A stretch of 59,095 bases of DNA, counting the filler, from Catajapyx aquilonaris (taxonomy: Eukaryota): assembly GCA_000934665.2 (NCBI GenBank). It is 4 parts of 4 records of this genome, joined end to end, with 100 filler letters (N's around TTAATTAATTAA, not from the genome) between each part and the next. Parts side by side here need not be neighbours in the genome. Positions count along the whole stretch, not along the records: positions 29,612 to 44,300 come from JYFJ02007713.1; positions 44,401 to 59,095 come from JYFJ02007714.1; 2 more parts are not named here. One strand, 5' to 3'. Below are positions 37,917-48,600 of the stretch, piece by piece. Within the stretch, counting starts at the first letter, position 1. Each line of letters opens with the position of its first letter. A program made the translations under genes and the position numbers. The notes beneath the pieces are model-generated. The model did no database searches. It saw nothing but the letters and a program-made list of their open reading frames with translations, and had not been told where the DNA came from.

Positions 37917-40086
37917 TCTGTGTGGATTACAGAAGGCTTACCGCGATGACCAAGAAGGTCCATGGTGTGGCTCCTACCGCAGATAGATGATGCACTAGAT
38001 AGATTGAACGGGGCTAAATACTTTACGACGTTGGACTTAGAGAGTGGTTATTGGCAAGTGCCGGTCGCCATGGAGGATCGCGAGAAGAAGACAGCCTTTG
38101 TAACACCAGACGGGCATGATGAGTTCCTACGGATGCCATTTGGGCTTTGCAATAGCCCAGCAACGTTCCAGCGGTTGATGGACTCGATCCTCGGGAAGCT
38201 CAAGTGGTCCTCGTGTCTGGTTTATCTGGACGATTGTTTGGTATACTCGGGTGACTTCAGGGAACATTTGCGGCGGCTTAGGCTGGTGTTGGAGGCTATT
38301 CGTGCCGCGGGACTGAAAATTAATCCGAGTAAGTGTCAGTTAGGAATGCCCAGTAGTCCTTACTTGGGGCACCAGATACAATAAGCGACGCGACGGGGGT
38401 GTCCCCGGATCCAGCCAAAATGGAGGCGGTGGTGGATTATCCAGTGTCGCGGCGCGGCGGATAAATGACCTGCGCGCGTTCCTGGGGCTCACGGGCTATT
38501 ATCGCCGCTTTGTGCTGGACTACAGCCCCATTGCCGCACCTTTACATGATTTGCTGCGAAAGGACCGCCCGTTCACCTGGTTAGAGGCACAACAAACGGA
38601 GTTAGAGGAACTGAAGGACGCGCTGGTAAGAGCCCCTATTCTCGGGCACTTCGATGAAGACAGCCCAGTGGAGATACACACGGAGGGACGAGCAGGAAGT
38701 GGTCATCTCATACTTGAGCAGGGCATTGTCGGCAGCAGAGTACCGATACTCGACAACGCAACGCGAGTGTTTAGCGGTCGTGTGGGCCTTGCAGAAAGCG
38801 TGTCTATACGTTGGGACGACCAGTGAAGGTTTGGACGGATCATGCGACATTATGCTCGCTTATGAACATGAAGGACCTTCAAGGGAGAATGGCCAGGTGG
38901 GTTCTGACGCTGCAGTAATTTGACCTGGAGGTGAAACATAAGAGGGGCACGTGCAATCCGAACGCGGATGGACTGTCCATAGGGCCAGTAGGGCTAGCGG
39001 AGGAAGAAGGGGAACCATGGATAGATATGGCTGTTGGTTTCCCAGGAAGGCACTGTGGCTCTGAAGTGGGGAGATGATTACTGCAGAGGGCTGCTTGAGC
39101 AACGACGCGACGGGCAGACCCGATCAGTCCCTCTCCCTTCATAGTGGAGAAGGGGGTTCCTCTACCGCCGGAGTGCTACCGCTCGCTGGCGCGAGCGAAA
39201 GCAATTGGTCATTCCACGGGTGTTGCGGTGGAGGATGATTGAGAGCTGCCACGACGAGGTCTCAGCCGGGAATTTTGGGGTGAAGAGGACCTCAAAGAGA
39301 GTAGCCAGGCGGGCGTGGTGGCCGACATGGCAGGAAGACGTCAGGAACCATGTTCTGTCATGCCTGCCATGCCAGAGGCGTAAGGGCGAAACAGGGAAAC
39401 CGGCAGGACTGATGCAGCCCATTCCGATCCCACACGTGCCTTTTGCTCGTGTAGCAGTGGACTTCTCTGGTCCATTCCGGGAGAGTATCCGGGGTAATAA
39501 ATACGTGGTAGTAGCCATCGATTACCTCACAAAATACGTCGAAGCGGCCACATGTCCTGGGGCTACGGCAGAAGAAGCAACAGCGTTCTTCCTCAATATA
39601 TGTGGTGGGAAGGCACGGGGTGCCGGAAGAGCTATTAAGTATCAGCGGAACGCACTTCACGGCACAAATCCTGGAAAGTATTCTGCCGACGCTGGTCATC
39701 TGTCACCAGAGGGCCTCGTCTCGCCATCCACAAACAAATGGCTTGATGGAACGGTGGAACCGGACGCTGTGGGACATGGTGGCGAAAACGGGGATCGGGG
39801 AAAAAGAATGGGACGCCCAGCTACAGGCATTGGTGTTTGCCTACAACACATCGGCGCAAGACAGCACAGGCGAATCGCCGCACCATCTGGTGTATTACCA
39901 TGAGGCCCGACTTCCAGTGGATTACGGATCCGCAGAACCAGGGGCAGAGGAGCCGGCGAATTACATCCGGCAGGTCATGCGTCAGGCATGGGCCTGCGCT
40001 CGGCAGGGGTCGGAAAATCGCCAGCGGAGGAACAAGGGGGCACACGATGAGAGCCACCGGGAGGTGCGGTATCAGGCGTGCGATTT
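37917..40086 (+). pseudogene. Gypsy pol remnant (RT-RNaseH-integrase)
   Basis: [51 protein letters not shown], zinc-finger CHD..CLPCQ, VDFSGP, IDYLTKY, HPQTNGLMERWN; multiple frameshifts. Confidence 0.92.
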
Positions 40087-42240
40087 CAATAAATCAATAA
40101 ATCAATCAATGTTTATTTCTCTCCAAAGAGAACTTTGGTTCTATGGCTTGGGGAGGGACTCCATCGTACAGTAAGTTCGGTGACATTTGAAATGACACTT
40201 ACAAAATGATATCGCAATGGTTCAACAGTGTACATGCATCCTTGAAAAAATTATACAGACTGAACATATTATTTCTAGAAACCAGACCAAAAATTTGGTG
40301 AAATTGATTTGGTGGGGCTTGTGGCAAATCAGACAAATGTCGCCGTCTGGAAGTGTTAAAGAACATACAAGAAAATAAGAAATGGTGTAGGGTAAATGGT
40401 GTAAATTCATTGCAAAGAGAACAAAATTCGTCATCCTTCAGTCGAATTGTGATGTAACCATTTATCCAGAATGCAGAGTTATTACATAAATTAGGCCATG
40501 GGCGTAGCCAGGATTTAGGTTAGAGGGGGGGGGGGCAGGAGGGCCCCACCTGCCATCATCCTCCGTCTGACTGCCTAGCAAGATTCGAAAGGAACTGTCT
40601 CAACAACAATTGTTTAAGATTACTTTCTTTTGACCCCGAAGGCTCAGAAAAATCTGTCAAAACCTTCAGTTTTTCTGAAATCTCCAGAAATTTTCTGCAC
40701 TTCCCTGAGATTTAGGGGGGGTGGCTGCCCCCCCCCCCTTCCCCCCTGGCTACGCCCATGAATTAGGCCTAGGCTACATACTAAACGCAATGCAGGAAGA
40801 GGCTAACCTAATTGAAAATACTGTTCCATTTTAAAAAATCGTTCTTAATTTAGTCTTATAATGTATACGCGTGTCCTTGAGTTCTCCAAACGTTCGAGGT
40901 CAATTATATTCTCACTGTATTATTTATAAATGTGGTGAGAAGGTCGGAGAAATCAATTTTGTCTCTGTGGGCTATCCAGGTTTGGAAGGAAACACCGGGC
41001 AGCTTAAACATATCAACAGAGCGAGCGGTACCAGTCAGATTCATGTAGGGAGGCCTCCTCTGTAACAAAGTAGAGCATGCGTTTTAACATGGTATCTGTG
41101 GGTCTATTTAGATTGTCTATTAAATATTCGTAAAGTTAACGAAAAATGTTTATAGAGAGAGGTCTTCACCCCCTTTCCAAGTGTACAAAATAGCCAGCTG
41201 TGCTCCTAGGTAATCCTAACAGTTTTTTTTTAAGTTTGCAATCTCTCTATTAGATCTAGATATGCAAAACCCCAGATATGTGCATTGTATAGATAGACTA
41301 TAGAGTGATGTGCAGAATCTTCGCATCTAAAATTCTTAAAGCAGTCTTGATATTGCGTGACTTTGTTCTGACTAGCGTTGGCCAGAGCGCGTTTATCGCC
41401 GTGATAAACCTACGTTCAGGAAGTAGTTTGCCGCTAACCAAATTTTCGTTGACGAAGAGAATGGGACATCTATAGATACTTGTATTCATTGACTATTTCC
41501 AATCATTGTCGCTCGCCCCAAAAGAATCTGTCAGTTTTCGATAGGTTTCCTACTTTCCGGAACACCATTACTTTAGTTTCGTTATATTGACTTTCATTTG
41601 ATTCGGTATTGTATATTCCCTAAAAACCTTGATCGCTTTCTGTAAATATAAACGATTGTCAGCCAGCAAGATGATGTCATCAGCGTATTGCAAACACGTA
41701 ATGCTTGGCATAGTTCTCCCCGGGCTGATGCCTGGTACTTCGTTATCAACTAGATACTGCTGCAAGTCTGCCATAAACAGGTTGAAAAGAATCGGGCTAA
41801 GTGGGTCCCCTTTCAAAACTCCTTTTGTTATTGGAATACTAATGTTTAGGTTAGCCGAGACTATTTTCGCGGAGCTATATGTGCTTTGAAGGACAATCAT
41901 TCTATTGTCCACACCGGCTTTGTTCAGTTTGTGCCATAGAAGATGGAAGGGGACTGAATCGAAGGCCTTAGAGAAATCGACAAATAACCCGTATAATTTC
42001 CCTTGTTTTCTAGCTAGGTATTTGTTTTGCAGTGCGTGCAAGACAAAGATGAGATCAGTGCAGCGATGTCCAGGTCTAAAGCCCGCTTGTGTTACAGGAA
42101 TTTTGTTATTCTGCTCGGCCCAATCACTCAATCTCTTCGTTAAAATAGAAGATAATTTTAGAGTATGGGTCTGTTTTATCTCCACTTTTAATATCGGTAT
42201 TACTCGTATGCTGGTCCATGTACGTGTCAGGGACCTGCCC
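40087..42240 (-). mobile_element. 5'-truncated RTE-X-like LINE inserted in the Gypsy integrase C-terminal region
   Basis: 15-bp TSD TCAGGCGTGCGATTT (40072-40086 / 42241-42255); AATAAA plus (TTGA)n tail on minus; RT ORF 41568-42185 (QAGFR, VDFSKAFD, GDPLSP, YADD). Confidence 0.93.
40497..40760. mobile_element. hAT-type MITE inside the LINE
   Basis: AATTAGGC|CATGGGCGTAGCCAGG ... CCTGGCTACGCCCATG|AATTAGGC, 8-bp TSD. Confidence 0.92.
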
Positions 42241-43893
42241 TCAGGCGTGCGATTTGGTGATGGTGCAGAATGAGGGGGGCGGCCGAGAGGACTCCAAAAA
42301 GTTCCGGAGGAAATGGGTAGGTCAATTTAGGGTGGCATCGGAAATTACACCTGTCACATTTCAGGTGGAACCGGTGGTGCCGCCTGTGGGTAGCGGTCGG
42401 CGACCCCATGGCAGCATCCATGTGCTACATAATTATGAAGCCGTACCGAGTCCGTCTCCCCATCGAGTGGGACGGGGAGGTGGACGTTCTAGGAGGCTCC
42501 CACGAGGAACCACTAGAGGAGCCAGGGCAGGGGGGTCGTCAGACGAGAGTGAGCTGGACCTGACAGACGGTGGGAATTGGGAGATGACAGCCCCGGAAGT
42601 TGCATCGGGGACAGCGGATGGAAGGGCCGACAGAGGAGGCGTTCGAGCAGTGGCTGACCGGCTTTCAGAAACCGTCCTGCCCGGTCCTGCCAGTGCAGCA
42701 GGCGGAACCCGGGGTGCCACTGAGAGGCTGCCTCGCACGTCGCCGGCAACCGCCTAGACATTTGGAGGCCTATGAGTGGGACCGTCCACGAGGGCATATC
42801 TCTGTGCCCGAAGTGGTGCGGTGTTTTCCCCACTCCGCCACTTCCCCGGTCCATATATGGATTAAGAAGGGGGGAGTGTAGCGACAAAGGAAGGGGGTGG
42901 GGGGATTCCCCGCCAGATGGGGAGCAGGAAGATGGAAGTGGGGTCTAGTTGGGAAAAGAATAAAGAAAGAGCAGTGTGGGGGAGAAGCCTGGTAGCGTCT
43001 GTACGAAGGAGTCGGAGAATGAAAGGGAAAGCTACAAAGCGTTTGAATCCACCGCGATGTCTTGAGCGGTCTCGTGGGCGGTCTTGAGCTGTCCAAGTAT
43101 TTTGGACGCAGCCGCCGCGACTTATGTCCGCCAGGTGGCGATGTCTGTGCATAGCCATTAATGCAGGGTAGTGTACAGTACAGTACAGTATGAGGATATA
43201 GGCCAGTTGCGAGAAGGCCCCATTGATCACTTTGCGTCATCCGTGCACGCATCCGTCCCTTAGTAGATAACAATCTAGTCCCTGTGCTGAACGAGGGCCA
43301 TCGAGTGGACCACTTGTAGTGGACCTGGCAGTAGTCCCGCCGTCTGTGTTCAGCTTCAAGGGTAAGCTATTAGATCTGTTCCTGATTTTTGAATTTAGGT
43401 GGAGGAAGAAGAGAGATGACAAAAGTGCCCCTAGTTGTTGCCCGGCAAATCAGAAAAAAATCTGGCAACTAGTTTGTTGTGGTAGCGTAAGTAACAAGCA
43501 CTTGGGATGTATTAATCACAACTTGATACACTTTGATCTTGGTAGAGGGATGAGAGGGTGTGTGTGTGCAGGATCACAAACGTCTCCAGACAGCCCAACC
43601 TCCTCACCACAAACCACAAGCAGGCCTACTACGGCAAGACCTGAACACAGGGACAGGGTCTTCCAAAGGAAATGAGGCGCTCAGAGGGAAAACGGCATAT
43701 CCCAACTGGTGTTCACTTTGAGATAAACGGCTTTTTGTGTTGCTAGAGAATAGGATTTTCCATTGCGGACCAATTTTACAAGTGGTGCATGTGAGCCAGC
43801 CCCCGGACACTCCCCCTATAATAAGTTCTTATCGCCTGACGGTTTTTTTTGCGGGAGGTGCTTACTTGAGAGCGCCTGTCACTGATGTAAATA

Positions 43894-44062
43894 CAGGGAT
43901 GGGCACTAAATACTTGAATGTAATTAAATACTAAATACTAACTACTGCAAAAAAATGTAATTAAATACTAAATACTAAATACTGAATAAGAAAGTAATTA
44001 GATACTAAATACTAAATACACCAAAAGTATTTAGATACTTTCGTAAATACATTTCAAATACA
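43894..44062. mobile_element. hAT-like left end with AAATAC subterminal repeats
   Basis: CAGGGATGGGCA followed by many taaatac motifs; no right end seen. Confidence 0.6.
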
Positions 44063-44138
44063 TTTTTTGTTAATGTGAACTATTTCTTGCCATCATTATT
44101 TGGATAAAAAATGAAAACATAACATATTTCTATTATTA

Positions 44139-44300
44139 CGAGGCGCATCCCGAAAGTAAGGTCCATTTTTAAATTAGAAAAACCACAATGCACCCCAGAA
44201 TTGTTATTTACACATCTGAAATAGGCAACTGTATACTTTTTTCAAAAATAGTTTCCAGCCAAATCGAGGCATTTTTCATTGAGTTACACACGATTTTGTA
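44139..44300. mobile_element. mariner-like left end, truncated by segment end
   Basis: TA|CGAGGCGCATCCCGAAAGTAAGG, a mariner-type TIR start. Confidence 0.55.
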
Positions 44301-44400
44301 NNNNNNNNNNNNNNNNNNNNNNNNNNNNNNNNNNNNNNNNNNNNTTAATTAATTAANNNNNNNNNNNNNNNNNNNNNNNNNNNNNNNNNNNNNNNNNNNN
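44301..44400. other. Artificial spacer
   Basis: 44N-TTAATTAATTAA-44N. Confidence 0.97.
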
Positions 44401-45578
44401 GGGGGGGGTTGGCATCCTAGTCCTCAAAGGGCAAGTAACGGCACATTTCTGCGACTTGAAAGAGCTGAGCAACATCCAGAGAATGACCTAGAAAATGGGT
44501 CTTGACCAGACCCTTCACGCGTTGGGTTGGTATGGACAATTAGTCAATAAGGTCGTAAATGAATGATGATGATGACAGCAAGGCACAATGGTGTCGTTAA
44601 GATGTGGTTGTGCAGACTGATAGGAATGGACTTATCTGAAATAGTGTGTAAAACTGTTAGCACTCTATTATGGCCTATAAAGGTGGGAGCGTCAGAATAG
44701 GATGGCCGTCAGGAGGAAAACTGAAGTGGGTGTGGTGGCAGGAAAGTCTGTTGCAAACACAACCTGTATGACTATAGAAATGGCAGTGTTGTCGTCATTC
44801 CTGCATTGTTTAGTTTGATGCTCCAGGCCATGATGCAGCCTTCCTATTGGTTTGCTCAGGAAGCACGTTTTGTTAGCTGTAGTCATGGCACAACTCTCAG
44901 GGATCCTTGAGTTGCAGAATCTGTTGATGTTTGCAGACTGGAAAGTGTCAATTTTTTTTATTACAGTAGTTCGTTTACTGGATATTCGTATACTAAAATG
45001 AAATGTACATTTTGAACTTTGGTCAAGACCACTTTGGTTTGTTGAGTGGATAACAAATCTATTACCTTGTCCTAATTGCTAATAATAGTTGTAACGATCT
45101 TATTGCAATGTGGTGGCTACTAAATTCAGTTATTCTGATTAATTCGATTGACACTAATGATTGCTAATACTACGCAATTTCTAAGTAAAATTTGGCTTCC
45201 TAAAACGAACTGTAAACATGCGGCAGTATTTTCTTACCACGGAGTTTCTCATGTACGCCATCTAATCAGTTATAGTAGTCATATCCCTGTGTGATTCTGT
45301 TGGGTTATTTTTGTGGCCCACTCTGCAGTTTGATGTCTCTAGTGTGAAAAAAACCATATTCACACGTAATATATTTTAACAATGAAGGATAACCACAAAA
45401 TTCATGGTTGGTTATGTGGGGTCGTGCAAGAAAGGGATGAGTGTTCTGTGGCACAGTTTCTGCCTTTGTATACTGCTCTTTGCTGCCTGGGAAATGTTCC
45501 TATGGCATTTGAATTGAAATACAAGCTTAGGGTTGGATGCAATTGATGTCTCACAGTGAATTTTCTTGCTCATTTCAG

Positions 45579-45652
45579 GACGTGGACACCATATATCTTT
45601 CCCATGACACCAGGGAGCTCTGTTTGAGAGATTTTGACCATTTGGATCAAAA
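45579..45652 (+). CDS. CARMIL: CARMIL exon (DVDTIY...DHLDQK)
   Basis: ttcag|GAC ... AA|gtaagt. Confidence 0.93.
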
Positions 45653-48600
45653 GTAAGTATAAACAGCAGATATGTGGTGCATACGTGATGTTGAAATCTC
45701 TTCTCACGCATTGGTGTTTCTTTATTTGGTTACAGGGACCTTGTGCCAATAATCAGTGCCCTGGAGTACAACACATGGTTCACCAAGTTCCGTTCAAGCA
45801 ATGTTCGGCTGTCTCACGAAGCAGTGGAGAGAGTCTTGCATGTTATGAAAAAGTCACTCAGCATTGAGGAGTTGCATTTGGACAACATTGGGGCCAAATG
45901 GTGAGTTGGCTGCGGCAATAAGCTGTTTATGTACCTTGCTAATGTCTGGTTTATTTGCAGGGATTTTGCACACAAGCTGTCCCTAGCTGTGATTGCCAAT
46001 AACTACACTCCCCTTCACACACTAGATTTATCGTACAACATGATAGAAGACAAAGGTGAGTGTGGACAATTGGGGCTGTCCTTTTTCATTGCACAGTTAT
46101 AGTACTTGAGGCACTTTTATTATGGCACTGCACAGTTACACATGCTGCCTGCAGACGTGGTAAACTTGTTGTTTGGATGGTAGATTGTTGGTACTGCACA
46201 ATTGGTTAGATGACACTAAGTGTCAAAAGCAATTGTGTTTGTAGAAGACAGCTGAAATGCTATAGAGGACTGTGCTGAAAATGCAATGTTGAATCAAGTA
46301 GACCAAGAAAAAGTTTAGGTGGGGATAGGAGAAATAGTGCAGCATTGAAGTGGAATCTTCTTTTCATAAAGCATATCTACTTCCAAGGAAAAAGTTGTTT
46401 TGTCTGTGGGTGTATGCCAATCATGTAGGGCATGTGGTTTTTGATTGCATTGGTTGGTCACGAAGTGGATTATATTGCATTGACATAAAACAAGGGAAGA
46501 TGGTTTACATCCAGTGTGAAGGACAGTGACACCATATGGTGTTATATCATCCAACTAAGATTGATCAACCCAGAGCTACTCTGTACTGTAGCACTGAATT
46601 GTGGAGATGAACACATGTTCTGATGCATTAGTTGTGCAGAAGTGAGATTCACCTCTATTTCAGTCACATGTGTGATACACTAACCATTTTAATTTGAGGA
46701 TTGTGCAGTGCAACAACTCACTGAACTAAGCAGTTGAAAGTTGCAAGAACAATACATATTGCATGAGAAAACCAAACCTAAGATATTGTGAATTTGACAA
46801 AATTTCGAATTTTTGATATAACTTATTCCTCCCTTCCCAATAGGCAGAGTGCTGCACTCTACCATGTATTTTACTTGTGTTGTGCACATTTTGTTTAAAC
46901 ATTCTAATAGTTTTCCTACCCTCCCCCCTTTTTAGGTGTGTCTAGTTTATGTGGAACAGTAGCAAAACTTGCAAAAGGTGTGGCCTGTATTTATTTTCTT
47001 CTCTGTGTTGAATAGTTAAGATATTCCATCAGGAATTTCTTACCTTGTAGTATCATGATCCATTATTGACAAGTGGTAAGAGTTTTAAGGACAAAGGGAT
47101 TCCTAATGGACTGCATGTAGAGTAGACAAATGTGTGTTTTGTTCTGAGCATGTGCATCGTGATTTTTGTTTTTTACGCACCAAAGTGCAGTGGGAAACAG
47201 TGTTACCACACATGTACAAAAACATTTTTGTCATATGTCATTGTTTCAGAATTTAGCTCTCATTCATGTTGTGTTTTAAATTTAGCTGACACTTGTCCCT
47301 ATGAATTCACCTTCAAGTTGAGCATGGAATCATACTGTTGAAAACCAATTAGTTGGCTTTCCAGTGGTGCAGATAACTCAATGAGTGCGTTTACATGGGA
47401 CTAAAAATCGGCCTAGCCTATGCTAGGCGAACCGGTTTACTCCCATGTAGCCGCTGGGCCTATGATAGACCGGCCTTATCTGATCCGTTGTCGGGCGCAG
47501 CCCAGGCCTTTTGGATCGGGTGGTCTACCTAAGGCGATGGCCTTGCTTAGGAAGCCTGGGTCAGGCCGATTTTTAGTCCCATGTAAACGTACTCACTGCC
47601 ACACTTGAAGGTGAGGCAACAGGAGCGAGTGGGAATGACCGTTTGCAAGATTTTTACCAAAAAGAATGTGCACTTAATTCTGAAACAGTACCATATGTGG
47701 TGACCTAATTAATCTGAAGGTTCAAAGAGTCACTTTTGGCTGCATCCTTTTAAATTTAATGGCACTGCACTTTGTAATGACTGTGTGTACTAACAAAGCA
47801 TGATGGTGATAAAAAGTCCATATTGTTTATGTGACTGGCTTCTTGCAGGTGCATCCCATCTGGGCAATCCAATTGCAAAGATCCCTAAGGGTCTGGTCCA
47901 CCTTAATTTGGCCCACTGTGGGCTGTCTTCCAAAGGCGTCAACCAGCTAGCCCATGCTCTCACCCTGAACAAGTTCATGCCAACGACCCTGACCTTTCTC
48001 AACCTCAGTGGGAATTCCCTTAGGGACGAGGTTAATGTAAGTATCCATGTATATGAGACGCTGCTGAACATTGATGTACTGACATGTGCTCATTTCATTT
48101 CAGAATCTATGTAACTTCCTTGCTCAGCCCAATGCCATTACCCACTTGGATCTCTCAGGCACTGATTGTGTCCTTGACACAGTAAGTAATCTGTGGTAGA
48201 AAATTGGTACAAGGAGTGATGCCCTTTATGATCTCTAGGTGTTCGGAGCCCTGTTACGTGGGTGCACCACCAATCTGCGCTACCTCAATCTCTCACGCAA
48301 TTCTTTTAGCACAAAAAAGGCCAAGGAAACACCCCCGTCCTTTAAACAATACTTCACCAGCACTCTTTGCTTGAGGCATCTCAACATGTCCTCTTGCAAG
48401 CTGCCACTTGAGGCACTTAAGTAAGCATTTCTTGATGTTCAAGCAGTATTTTTTCATGATTGACACTAATATTTTGTTCACCTTTAGGAATCTGCTGCTG
48501 GGTTTGGCTTGCAATGAGTCCACTACTGATGTTGATCTAGACATCAGTAATAATAATCTGGGCTCTCAAGGAGCACATGTTCTTGAATCTTGCATACATG

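Larger units (their letters stand above)
36318..43036 (+). mobile_element. Decayed Ty3/Gypsy LTR retrotransposon with short LTRs
   Basis: LTRs TGTAGC..GCTACA at 36318-36464 and 42877-43036; PBS TGGTGTCAG at 36466; PPT AAGAAGGGGGGAG before 42877; frameshifted RT, RNase H, integrase and GPY/F region (42256-42400). Confidence 0.92.

Noticed and set aside
43270..43645. Exon-like pieces (donor AAGG|GTAAGC, acceptor TGCAG|)
   Set aside because: No recognisable peptide or coherent frame.
43900..44062. CRISPR-like repeat array
   Set aside because: Short irregular AAATAC subterminal repeats without unique spacers, in a eukaryotic context.
29075..45579. Treating the 29.1-kb promoter as the CARMIL promoter, divergent from SLC7
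   Set aside because: Two artificial spacers intervene and no CARMIL PH-domain exons were found in between.
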